A stretch of DNA of 64,000 nucleotides, taken from NCBI GenBank assembly GCA_965637545.1, contig OZ281494.1, forward strand, positions 3,410,001 to 3,474,000, in the 5' to 3' direction. The notes under the pieces were generated by a model. That model was not told the DNA's origin, made no database searches, and was given only the letters and a program-made list of their open reading frames with translations. This stretch comes from Phallusia mammillata. Its lineage: Eukaryota. A program made the translations under genes and the position numbers. Shown here piece by piece: positions 24,301-35,837 of this stretch. Within the stretch, counting starts at the first letter, position 1. Each line of letters begins with the position of its first letter.

Positions 24301-26881
24301 AAATCAACCAAACTGAATATAACAAACACCTCAAACTGGGGTCGTCGCACATAAGCATCTCATTCCAGACACTTAACGTAAAAAAAATTGTAACTTCCGT
24401 TCTCACCTTTCAAACAAATCGAACCGAAACAGTACAGACTCAACCCAACATACAAGGGTCCCTTACTCAAACGCAATACATAGCTGCTGTAAATAGCACT
24501 TATATTGCTGTGGTTGGTTGGGATGCTGATAGACTTTCGAGTTCAAACAGTCGCACGGTAGAAAACAATCAGCTACCCGGAAATGTGAGTTTCGTCATAC
24601 CTCCTATGTCACCAGAAAGGGTCTGTATGCTGATTAGGGAGGAAAAAATCAACAATGCGAACATGAATATCAAGAAACTGGGGCCAATATGTCTCTACTT
24701 CGATAGAGTTGAAAGAAAATACTCGGATCGTGGTTGCGTCACAATCACTGATGACGTAACAGGCAACGTCACTTGCAAGTGCAACCATCTCACTATTTTC
24801 ACCGTTCTTTTGGCGTTGGAATCAGTCACCATACCTGATGGTGTAAAGGTGAAGACATTGTTGTAGAAGTGATGTTTAAAACTATTAACTAGCAGTAGTT
24901 TGCATTGGATCTTTCCTCTGGTAAAGTGCAGTAAAGTGCAACGTGACCGTACGACGTGTTTTATTTACTTTGCTTTTCTCTTTTATTTGATGCCAAGTTT
25001 TTGATACTTGGTATGTCATTATACTTTTTCCTTCCTACACAGAAATGAGGTTAACTTTTGTTGAATGATGTAACATATCACTTAGTCAGATCTATATCAA
25101 AACATTTGTGACCATCTGATATATATACTTGTTTGAATGGGTAGGGCGTGTTTTTAAAAGTTATACTGGTTAACATAAAGCATAATGTGCTGTATAGTTT
25201 AGTACAAATAGTGAAGCAATGTTTTTGCCTCAAACACAGTTCCATAAATGAGTCATACATATACTTAACACATGCCTTCATATTTCCCTATTTTCTATTA
25301 AATTCAATCATCTTTTGTCTAACAAGTGCATATATTTAACGATGAAATTAATATTTTGTTTTCAGTATTTATCCTATGCCACAGAGACGATCTCGGTGTT
25401 CTCTCTTTTTGCGACAATCGCAATCCTCTACAGATACAGGCGAGGTGAAGACAGATTCCCGGTTCAAATCAATCTGTCAGTTTCACTTATGCTTCTCCAT
25501 TCGGTGAACTTGATGCACGATCTTGTAGTGATGCATGAAACATCATGTGTCACTTTTGCTTTAGCCAACCACTGGCTCCTGTTGTGTGTAGGTGAGTTAC
25601 TGTCGAACATAATAGAATACTCACGACTAAAAGTAGAAGTTTTACAATTTAAACACCGATTGTAAACGTTTTAGAGTGTTACAAACGGCGCTTGTTCTGT
25701 TTAAGTGGCGTATATCTACACAGTTACAGCTCCCTTTATCCAATTTGGAATTATCACAGGATTTCAATATTCTCTGTAAAGTCTGTCTTTAATGCTTAAC
25801 GATCTATTGGCAAAGTCAGAAATGAGTACAAACGATATCGTATTAACAGTAAGCTTAATCATAACTTGTTTGTTGCAGGAATGTGGTTCCTTGTTGAAGG
25901 ACTCCGCCTCCTAATGGCAACCTCCTTTCCGTACATTTTTGGAGCTCAAGATCCAGAAACACGTCTTAAGATCTTTATGCTGATTGGTTGGATTGTTCCC
26001 GCTTTTGTAGTTGGCTTATCAGCGGGTGTGGGTTTTTCCCTCGGCGCCTACATGAAGCCCCAACCGTTGCACGAGCAATGTAACGAATTTATGCCGGTTC
26101 CAAAGTACGACAGATGCTGGTTGGCTCCCGGTACCCCGATCTTCTACTCCACGGTCGTCGCTCCTCTTGCTCTCGTCCTCTTTACCAACTTCATAATCAT
26201 CCTGAAGACGACTCATGTGATTCATAACCTGAGGAGGTTGCCCAACAGAGAAGAGGAAGACAATAAAGGAGCTGCAAAATCCGTGCTTGTTTTCTTTGTC
26301 ATGCTTGGAGGGACTTGGATTTTAGCTTTCTTCACAGGTGGGTTTACATCAAGCCTAATAGCCACACGCTTGAGTTAAATTGACTGTTTCGCTTGGTCAA
26401 AGAATATATAGCAACACAGTTACATTCAAAGAACCAAGAGTTCGGAAATAACAGCGAAACGTTAAAATGTTATGAACGCTGCAGCTACACCGTATTATAA
26501 GCGTTATGTGACTGGTGCATACAAAAAAGTGATGTCAAAAAACACGACTGGGGAGACGTTGGTGGAACCAGTTTAGAGGGCCCTAAAACTAACCAACCGA
26601 GTAATGCTAAGAGGGTTGGGCTCGAAACTTACTAATAGCTTAGCGGCCTAATTTTGTGTGTGCTTTCTTTACTGGTTATTTATTGATGCTTTTAAACTCC
26701 ATAATTTCCATGTTTAATATCGTCGCAATAAGTTTTAAGTTTTTAATGCTAGGAGACACATGTGCTTTATCAATAAATCTCTCTTGCAGGAATCGGGAGC
26801 GAGATTTCGAACGAGGTGTTCATGTACATCCATGCCTTGGTGAACGGATTGCAAGGAATCGTCGTCTTCCTGCTGTATTAA
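21329..26881 (+). CDS. Adhesion GPCR type A2: exons 2-12 open, start codon and signal peptide deleted, no cytoplasmic tail; possible pseudogene
   Basis: Colinear with A1. GAIN exon 24145-24848 (CKCNHL/TIFTVLL); 7TM exons 25366-25591, 25879-26337 and 26790-26881, ending ...GIVVFLLY-TAA. The ATG and signal-peptide part of exon 1 is replaced upstream of 21329. Confidence 0.8.
23356..24084. mobile_element. Non-autonomous hAT (Buster-like) element in the A2 intron
   Basis: TIR CAGTGGTTCTCAAACT. TSD caatagac at 23348-23355 and 24085-24092. Empty paralogous site at 15311-15318. Confidence 0.95.
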
Positions 26882-27619
26882 ATATAAAGTCTACCACAGC
26901 TTTAAACTTGCATCAATAACCCTATAACCATGTTTGCCGTACCATAATGTAGCTGGGATATTCAAAACAGCGCTTGAGAAATTGCATTGTCTGTGTGGCT
27001 CAGTTGATACAATATCTGTTTTGTAAATCTTAAACTCTACGAATAACTTTAGTCATTTATATCTGTTGCTTTGCTTATGTTTGCATGGAAAACTTCTAAC
27101 AACACAATCAGCATGAGTAAAGTATATGGGAGTTTTCAAACGGGAAAATTACTTTTACAAGATCGTAAGGTTTATGAATCACATTATGTTAGTTGTTACA
27201 GAGATCTGTCGCTTGGCTCGTCTGTCGATCTCAGACGGTTGGCTAAATTGTTATCGAAGATGTAAGTGTATAATTGCGCTCCCTATTTTGTTGTCATAGA
27301 AACGATAAAGTTGATTTTTTTCTTTCTTTTTTATCGTGGCGTCTTTTGTACATTGTATATCTTGACGTTTAGGCGTATATGTTTGGACGGTTATACAAAT
27401 ACATTTGTTCGAAAAGGTACAATATATTCGGTAATACAAGTTTCTCTAACTTGTTTTACTTTGGCCCCTTTCGAGACACGAGAGCTGGACTTCAGGTAAG
27501 CTGTAACAAAGGTTACGAAAATGCAATACTCCATTTCTGCAGCCATTTAAGCATTATTAGGTGATCAGAGGCATCGTATTTTGTGGAGTTTAAAAGGCCT
27601 TTGCATAAATATATCGTCA

Positions 27620-27894
27620 CCATCGCCACCATAATTATCCTCTACAATTTGAAACACAGCGGAGATCGGGTTCCGGTTCAAATCAGCTTGTCATTGGTTC
27701 TTCTGCTTTTCCACGCGGTCAACATATCACATGATCTTGCCGTGATACATGAGATTCCATGCGTGATTCACACAGCAGCCAATCAATATCTTCTGCTGTC
27801 TTCGGGTATATGAAATAATAAGCATTGTCTAATATTATGTGTTCTGGTGCATTTGTTTGTTTTCAGGAATATGGTTCCTAGTGGAGGAAATTCG
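27620..27894 (+). pseudogene. Orphan exon-intron-exon fragment of an A1-like receptor flanked by 14-bp direct repeats
   Basis: Similar to A1 at about 16185-16455 (TM1-TM3 exon, intron, start of the next exon). Flanked by taaatatatcgtca at 27606-27619 and 27895-27908. Confidence 0.8.
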
Positions 27895-28528
27895 TAAATA
27901 TATCGTCATCAGGTGACGCTAGAGAACAAATTAGTTTATTTATTGATTGAAACTAGAAAATATCAATGGTTAAATATAAGAGAATAGAGTTCTTCTGACC
28001 AAGAACCAGCCACCAAATTTTCTAAACTAAGCAGTGGTTCAGAAGATTTTGTGCTTATTAAACCCACCAAACGTTATTTATTTGCAAACAAAAACACTTA
28101 ATCTTAGGGTTACAGTAAATAAACACTTGCATGTCGACCAATACTAATAACCAGATTGTAACACATTGGGTCCTCATTATGTTCGAATAAACCCAGGTTA
28201 TTGACTGTTGTTGAGCATCAACATGTTCTGCTGTATTTGTTGTTAGGAAAACAATATTTTTCCGACTCTGTGTATATTTCATCCAGGTAGGCAATAAACG
28301 TTCTAAGACATCAGGAATCTGGCCCTTCTTTTCTACGCGTTTCCTTGCATTTTCTGAGATGCAGAGCCCATTTGTTTATAACGCAGCACCTTTGCTTGTC
28401 CTTTGTTGTATGAACACTCAGGTGCCAGTTGTCGGTCTGATCAATTAGTAAATTATCTCCTTTTCGAAGTTCTTTTATTCAATGTAATTTATTTAAAGTC
28501 AAAAGTTTTTATTAGAAATAAACACAAA

Positions 28529-31500
28529 ATGCCGTTTATTTTGAGAGTTTCATTGGTGCGTTTAGTAGCTGGAATGCTCTTTCTTCTGCCAGTTTCGATT
28601 TGGGGTAAGTGGCTTGATTTTTAAAACCTATGATATAAAAGTGCATCTGTAAGTTTCCTAAACTGATAAGTTATAACTTATTTAGCGTTTGCACAAACAT
28701 TGTAAAGTAAATCGGTTTAGAAACAATTTAGAAAAACATAGTCAAAAATGTTTAAAAAATCTGAAGAAATGGTGATTATTACTTTGTCGTAATTTTCAGG
28801 TTTTTATTTTTCAGCTCAAGTACCTCTTTTGACCGGCTGTCTGGGGGAAATAAACAACACCCGATGCATCGGTAAAAATTATGTTACAAGAAACTAGAAT
28901 GAATTTAGCTGTTTTATAGAGAAATATACAAACTTTTTGATTTTTAAATTAGTTTGTGAAGGAAATTGGTTGTTTATCCCCTGCCCTGATGGAACAGTTA
29001 TTGACATAAAATCAGCTCTTTATGGTCATGAATTTCCTTACGCAGGGTAAGTAAATTTAACATCGTGGATTTCATAGATTTTTTTTTCTCAAACGATCCA
29101 ATTATGATATAAACAGATAAATTTTGAAATTGTGAGCTGCAACTTTTAGTTTTTATAATGTATAAAAACATTTTTTTGTACTACAGTTGCCGAACGGCTT
29201 TAAAGTTAAGCAAGTTTTAACATAGCTTTTGGAATGAAATATTGAGATTTATTGGGTGTTTTATTCATACAAAAAGTATTATTTACAAAATTGCATTTTG
29301 TTTTCACTATTGGTTTGTAAAGTTTTGCAAATATTTAATCTCTACATTTTTTGGATAAGGGTGTTGCTCACGGTCAACGACAAAGAAGATGTTTAAACCA
29401 ACTTGTATTCAGTCAGTATTAAATCCGAAATTCTGTACTCGTAGCGACTTTGCAAACTATCATTTTGGTCTGAACAATCGTACTTTGCGTTTACTTTGAC
29501 TCGGTAAATCCAATTCAAAATGATATGTTGTGTTTAAAGAGTGTGCAGGATGACTTCCCCTACGGCCCAATGCAATGGAACTGATGGAGTAACAGAGATA
29601 CTTAGGAAGTGTCAACAAAAACCTCGGTGCGTAATTATTCAATCAGCCATTCCTGGTGACCCATGTTCTGGTTTCGTCAAATACATAGACATCAACATGA
29701 CATGCTCCTTTCCCAGAGGTTGGTTTTAATATCAATATTGCGCGGCATCACACCAATTAACACCCGTAATATTACCATCAAACGCAACATGTATAACAGA
29801 AAGTAATTCGGTACTTATTTTTCCAAGTTTTCTCGCCATCATGTTACCTTTCACGCTAGGTTTGGTTTGTCGTTTGTTGTTATACACAGCTTAGTATTTG
29901 CAATATTTAGTTTATCGAGAGTACAGGCGAATGGATGCTTTAAGAAGCGTTTTGTTGTTGCAGCTCTATCGTTTATGAAAGACTTAAAAAATGTGAATCC
30001 GGCAAATTCTGAGGCATTAGAAAACGGGGAAGATAGAATTGGAAAGTTTTCCCGAAATCATCTTGATACCAGTGGAGTCAACTATACAACCGGAGATGCT
30101 CAACTGCACATCGTGGTTTCCAACATCAGTCAGGAAGCATTTAACTCATTCCTTCAGTTAGAGTCATCTCACATTGACTTTACACTGCAAACAAACAGCA
30201 CCAATCGTACAGTGAGTGCAGTTCTAACCTTTAAAATAAGCAAGACAGAAGCTGCAGAAACCATGTTCAACAACGCCAGTTTTCTCTCCGCCAAAACGCG
30301 CTACATAAGCACCCAGAATACAAGCTTCTTCGTTATTGTTGGCTGGGACGACAATGACAACCGGTTGCCTGGGAACGCGAGCATCATTGTCAATTCTACG
30401 TCACCGAAATCGGTCTGCGAGAAGATCAAAGAAGAAAAGAAGAACACAAGCAATCTGATGGTCAAAAAACTAGAACCGAAATGTTTGTTTCTAGACATGG
30501 TGACAAAAACGTACTCGGACAAGGGTTGTGTCACAATCACTGATGACGTAACAAGCAGAGTCACGTGCAAATGCAGTCATCTTACCATTTTCACTGTTCT
30601 GCTGGCTGTGGAAACCACCGTTATACCGGAAACTTTGAAGGTAGGCAAAACACAAGTGTGCTTGATACAGACTTGAATTGAGCTTATTTCGCTTGGTGAA
30701 AGACAACATAGACAACAAATGTGGCGGGTACGAATGGTTGATAATGGCTGAACGCGCCGGAGGCTGCAGCTACACTGTTTTGGGGCCTTGTAAGCCGATA
30801 TATGCATGATGGGAGTTTGGGCGCCAGTTCAACTCAGTCTTAGGAATTAAAGACCAAATTTGAGCTCTAATTCAAAAGGGCTTCGACTTAAAGTAAAGCG
30901 GTCAATTAAAACACATGTCTACCTGACTTCCACATTATCAAGTCAACCAGTTCAGGCCTAAATAGCCCTTTCATAAGATGGTTGCAAACTTGTTTTTTTC
31001 CTAAATTCCCACTATTATTCTATTTTCAGATCATATCATACACAACTGAATCCATCTCTGTCGTGTTTCTGGTGGCTACCATAGTGATTCTCTTTAAATA
31101 CGGACGGGGCGATGACAGGACTCCAGTTCAAATCAACTTGTCAGTGGCTCTTCTGCTTCTTCACGCCATCAACTTGACCCATGACGTTGCTGTTTTGCAT
31201 ACAACTGTGTGTGAGGTTTTCACAGTAACCCTTCATTTCATCTTACTGTCTGTAGGTAAGCTGTCAACCAGCTGATTTACTATCTGATCTAGATCATTCA
31301 AGGGTAAGCAAACTATTAAAAAGTAAAATTAATCTCGGTTGCTCCCTTAGAAATAATTTCTGGATCCGCCCTTGCTATACTTACATTACAACCTGCCATC
31401 TTCGTGAAGAAAAACTTTTGTTGTTGTTGTGTTTAGGAATGTGGTTTCTGATTGAAGGAGTCCGCCTCCTAATGGCAACTTCTTTTCCATATTCTTTTGA

Positions 31501-34500
31501 GGCTCAAGATCCGAAAACTCGACTTAAGATTTTCGTTTTCATTGGTTGGATTGTTCCTGCTCTTATAGTGGGACCAGCCGGGGGTGTCGGTTTTTTCCTT
31601 GACATCTACATGAAGCCCCAACCCTTATATGAAAAATGCCACAACCACCAAAATCAATCTTCACCGATTCCAAAGTATGACAGATGCTGGTTGGCTCCCG
31701 GTACTCCGGTCTTCTACTCCACGGTCGTCGCTCCTCTTGCTCTCGTCCTCCTTATCAACTTCATGATCATGCTGAAGACGACACACGTATTGTTCAAAAC
31801 GAGAAAAATGCAGAGCAGAGATGAAAATGATACCGTGATGATTGCTATGAAAGGAGCCAAGTCCTTCTTCCTCTTGCTCCTGATGCTCGGAGGAACATGG
31901 GGTCTAGCATTCTTCACAGGTTGGTCGATTGAGACAATTTAAAATGTAGAGTGGTTGTATTCAACCAGTGTGTATGGAAAATCATTCATAAAATGCACAT
32001 AGTTAATAATATTTAGGTTATAACTTTATCTGTTTATGCTTTTTTTATGTTTTTCATGGTTGCTATGTTTGAAGCTTGTTTAAACCAGGATTGCGGCATA
32101 ACAGGTTTATTATTATTATTATTATAGTTTCCCACGCTCTTGGGCGCATTGGGCAGCAAGATTGTTCCACTTTTTTCTGTCTTTTGCAATTTCCTCTATC
32201 TCCTTTATGTTTAACCCTCTCATTTCTAGATCTTTGCGGAAAGTCTCCCTCCAGGTAAGCTTTGGTCTACCTCTTTTTCTTTTCCCTTGCGGTGTCCAGC
32301 TCATAGCGATTTTTGGAGCCCGTTCGTCTGACATGCGTAACACATGCCCTGCAAGTCTAAATCTCCGCGTCGACATGATGGTGCATAAAGGCTTGGTACC
32401 ACTAATTTGGTACACCTCATCATTTGTAATGTGGTCCTTGTATGTGATATTTAGGATCCTTCGAAGACAACGCTGATGGAAAGCGTTTATGTGCTTTTTC
32501 AGCTTGACTGTCATTTTCCAGGTTTCACTGGCATATAGAACGGTGGGCATTACAATTGACTGGTACAGTTTGATCTTTACCAGTTTCGAAACCTTCGAGC
32601 TTGACCAAACTGTTTTGAGCCTTCTGAAGGCCGAAGCAGCTTTTCCGATGCGGGCATTTATGTCGGCCTCCACATCAGCATCTGTTGTGAACACACTGCC
32701 AAGATAGGTAAAGCTTGTGATGTTGTTAATAGGCTCAATTCCATTGATGGTTAAATGTACGTTGGACTGAGTTTCCCCTCCAACTCGAAGTAACTTAGTC
32801 TTGTCGCTGTTGATCGTCAGACCGGCTGTTGCTGCATTTTTGGCCAATGAGTTGGTCATTTCTTGAAGATCTGTCATCGACTCTGCGAGCAAGGCGATGT
32901 CATCTGCAAAGTCGAGATCCGTAAGACGCTTGTGGTTTGTCCATGAGATGCCGAACTTTGGATAATTCATTGCCTTTCTCATCACATAGTCGATAGTGGT
33001 AATGAATAGTAGGGGTGATAAGACACAGCCTTGGCGCACACCTGTGTTGATTCTAAAGAACTCTGTGTTTCCTGACTGAACTTTTACGCAGCAGCTTGAT
33101 CCTTCGTAGATGTTTTTGAAGGTATCTATAAACCTGAGTGGAACACCGTATTTTTGTAACACCTGCCATACAGTGTTGCGATGCACACTATCAAATGCCT
33201 TCCTGAAGTCAATGAAGTTGACAAACAGGGGTTTCTGAAATGCAAGGCACTGCTCCACAATGTTTCTGAGAACAAAGATCTGGTCACAGCACGACCTGTT
33301 GTATCGAAAGCCTGCCTGTTCTTCTCTCAACTTCTCATCTAAGGATGTCTTTAATCTGTGCAGAAGCACGCAGCAGAACACTTTCCCTGGAACAGATAGC
33401 AGTGTGATTCCTCGCCAATTACCACAAATGCCTAGATTTCCCTTTTTTGGAAGTTTCACAATTACTCCTTTTTTCCAATCAGATGGTACAGTCTGCATTT
33501 TCCAACATAAGTTGCATAGCTTTGTCAACTGTGCAATCAGTGCATTCCCTCCATTTTTTAGCATCTCAGCAGAAATTTGGTCGAGACCTGCAGCTTTGTT
33601 GTTTTTGAGTTTTTTCAGTGCACTGGAAATTTCTTCTGTTGTGATGTCACCCATATCTACTTCCATCGTTGGTCCATCTTCATCTTCAAAAGTAGGCAGT
33701 TCGTAAGGTTCTGGTTGGTTCAGAATTTCCTTAAAGTGTTCGTACCATCGCATGTTTTGTTCTTCCTCGGTTAGAAGAGTTTTTCCAGTTTTGTCCTTAA
33801 TTGGTACACCGGAGCTTTTTCCTGTCTTTGTCAGATGCCTAATTATTCCAAATAGCGCTCTAGTGTCATTTCTGTTCATTGCTTTCTGTGCGTCCGCACA
33901 TAGCGTTTCAGTCCAAAACTTTTTGTCGTCTCTACAACTCTTTTTAACAACTTTGTGTGCTTGTTCGTACTGTTTTCCTATCTTCCAGTATTCATCAGAA
34001 GATTTGGCGCTTTCCCTTTCATGTTTAATCTTTCTTCTCTGATCAATCAATGCCCATGTTTGTGGTCGAATCCAGCTTTCCCTTCTCGTCCCGCGCCTTC
34101 TGCCGAGGGTTTGATCTGCAGCTGTTGTCACTATTTTTTGAAATTGTTTCCATTGCTCTTCAATATTATCTTTTACTTGTACAGCCTGGAATCTTGTGCT
34201 CAAATTTTTGTGAAACATTTTTACTATTTTTTGATCTTTTAGTTTTATAAGGTCGTATGGTTTTGTTCCACTGTGTTTGATAATTTTTTTCAGTTTTAGT
34301 TTCAGTGACCCTTTGACGAGGTAGTGATCGGAGGCTACGTCTGCACCTCTGCAGCTACGTACATCCTGCAGTGCGCTGCGCCATCTTCTGCATATGCAAA
34401 TGTAGTCAATTTCACTTGTTGTTTTGCCGTTTGGGGATTTCCAGGTTTGCTTGTGTATTCGTTTGTGATTAAAAAAAGTGTTCCCTATACATAACTCGTT

Positions 34501-35741
34501 TGTACTGCAGATGGTAAGAAGTCTGTGCCCGTTGTTGTTAGTTTTGCTTGCTACACCGAATGGTCCTAAGATGTCACTCCAACCAGCTCTGTTTCCATCA
34601 ATCTGTGCGTTAAAATCGCCCATTAATAATTGTAGATCATGTTTAGGGATACCATTTAATGTATCCTGGAGCTGGTCATAAAACAAATCCTTTTCTGACT
34701 CTTCTGCCTCTTCTGTAGGGGCATACACCTGAACAATAGATGTTTTCCCATGGCGCGAGTGAAAACGTGCAGTAATTATTCGATCACTGATTGGTTTCCA
34801 TCCAACCAATGCCTGATTTGCTTCATGGTCCAGCACGAACCCAACACCATGTATATGCTGTTTGTTGTGTCCCGAAAAGACAACTGTCTTTCCCTCGCTA
34901 GTCAGTTTGCCACTTCCAATCCATCTCATTTCACTAACACCGAGAATATTTAATCCGTAGGTGTGAAACTCGCGCAATACTTGCGCCAATTTTCCACATT
35001 GGAACAAAGTTCTTACATTCCAGGTTGCTAGTTTTGTAATTGTTGTAGCAGAGAATATGTTGCTCTTCATCGGGACCAGAGCTTCCCTGGGGCTTTCACC
35101 CTGGCCCGTCATGAATGATTGGGTCGAACACACATTCCTGCCACTGCTTAAAGTAGTAACTCTTCTTGCTGTTTCTGTAGCGGTAAATTGTTTTACGGGG
35201 TCGGGTTGCTGGCCCGACGCCCAACCCTCCTTCTTTTTCAGCCGGGCTTGGGACCGTCCTTGGCGAAGTTCATTCATAAAATGCACATAGTTAATAATAT
35301 TTAGGTTATAACTTTATCTGTTTATGCTTTTTTTATGTTTTTCATGGTTGCTATGTTTGAAGCTTGTTTAAACCAGGATTGCGGCATAACAGGTTTACCA
35401 CTCTATTTTTGTAATGTTGATAATTTACGGTTTTTTCTGTAGTTCGATTTGCAACAATGGGGTTAATGGCTGTGTCAAATTGACGAAAAACACTTGAAAC
35501 CCTCAGATATAAACACATGAGTTCTGTTTTTTGTTTTGCAGGAATTGGGAACGAGATTACGAACGAGGTGTTCATGTACATTCACACCTTGGTGAACGGA
35601 TCGCAAGGAATCGTCGTCTTCCTGCTGTACTGCGTCATGAGTCACATGATAAGACAGGAAATTGTGCCTTGTAAGCGTGAAGCTGATGGGTCTGAGCAGC
35701 AGAACAACACAGCAAACACTACTGATGGAAACCGACACTAA
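28529..35741 (+). CDS. Adhesion GPCR type B1: signal peptide, SUEL/Gal_lectin domain, GAIN/GPS, 7TM; about 663 aa, intact
   Basis: Exons: 28529-28604, 28815-28871, 28953-29046, 29540-29718, 29964-30640, 31030-31255, 31437-31919, 35542-35741; 1992 nt open. Lectin domain VCEG..PCPDGTVIDIKSALYG...GDPCSGFVKYIDINMTC has 8 Cys. GPS reads CKCSHL/TIFTVLL. An RTE LINE lies in the last intron. Confidence 0.9.
32110..35269 (-). mobile_element. Full-length RTE-clade non-LTR retrotransposon with 128-bp TSD
   Basis: Single APE+RT ORF, (TAA)n tail, and a twister motif at the 5' end. Identical 128-bp direct repeats at 31982-32109 and 35270-35397. Empty paralogous site in B2 at about 49390-49517. Confidence 0.95.
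32122..35112 (-). CDS. RTE ORF: apurinic endonuclease + reverse transcriptase, about 996 aa from the likely ATG (MTGQGES...)
   Basis: Motifs ATWNVRT, GVSEMRW, YAPT, GDFNA and SDH (endonuclease); WRGITLL, QAGFR, DFRKAFDSV, GVRQGCVLSP and FADD (RT); C-terminal KRKRGRPK. No stops. The tracked ORF start at 35286 lies in the TSD and is not the element's own start. Confidence 0.95.
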   Translation of the reverse strand: MTGQGESPREALVPMKSNIFSATTITKLATWNVRTLFQCGKLAQVLREFHTYGLNILGVSEMRWIGSGKLTSEGKTVVFSGHNKQHIHGVGFVLDHEANQALVGWKPISDRIITARFHSRHGKTSIVQVYAPTEEAEESEKDLFYDQLQDTLNGIPKHDLQLLMGDFNAQIDGNRAGWSDILGPFGVASKTNNNGHRLLTICSTNELCIGNTFFNHKRIHKQTWKSPNGKTTSEIDYICICRRWRSALQDVRSCRGADVASDHYLVKGSLKLKLKKIIKHSGTKPYDLIKLKDQKIVKMFHKNLSTRFQAVQVKDNIEEQWKQFQKIVTTAADQTLGRRRGTRRESWIRPQTWALIDQRRKIKHERESAKSSDEYWKIGKQYEQAHKVVKKSCRDDKKFWTETLCADAQKAMNRNDTRALFGIIRHLTKTGKSSGVPIKDKTGKTLLTEEEQNMRWYEHFKEILNQPEPYELPTFEDEDGPTMEVDMGDITTEEISSALKKLKNNKAAGLDQISAEMLKNGGNALIAQLTKLCNLCWKMQTVPSDWKKGVIVKLPKKGNLGICGNWRGITLLSVPGKVFCCVLLHRLKTSLDEKLREEQAGFRYNRSCCDQIFVLRNIVEQCLAFQKPLFVNFIDFRKAFDSVHRNTVWQVLQKYGVPLRFIDTFKNIYEGSSCCVKVQSGNTEFFRINTGVRQGCVLSPLLFITTIDYVMRKAMNYPKFGISWTNHKRLTDLDFADDIALLAESMTDLQEMTNSLAKNAATAGLTINSDKTKLLRVGGETQSNVHLTINGIEPINNITSFTYLGSVFTTDADVEADINARIGKAASAFRRLKTVWSSSKVSKLVKIKLYQSIVMPTVLYASETWKMTVKLKKHINAFHQRCLRRILNITYKDHITNDEVYQISGTKPLCTIMSTRRFRLAGHVLRMSDERAPKIAMSWTPQGKRKRGRPKLTWRETFRKDLEMRGLNIKEIEEIAKDRKKWNNLAAQCAQERGKL
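35220..35270 (-). ncRNA. Twister ribozyme motif (3' cleavage product) at the RTE 5' end
   Basis: Minus strand reads AA-CTTC-GCC-AAGGA-CGG-TCCC-AAGC-CCG-GCTGAAAAA-GAAG-GAGGG-TTGGG. This matches the twister layout AA-P2-GCC...CGG UCCC AAGC CCG..AAA-P2'-GAGGG-P1', with P2 formed by CTTC/GAAG. Confidence 0.85.
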
Positions 35742-35837
35742 TCTCTCCCAGATTGAAGGTTCATTTAACCAAATGTCTATTTAAGTTGATTGAATGTTAA
35801 AGATATTTTGAAAGCTGATCAAATAAATGTACACTGA

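Noticed and set aside
32162-35290. Numerous plus-strand ORFs overlapping the RTE
   Set aside because: Antisense shadows of a long ORF; no independent motifs.
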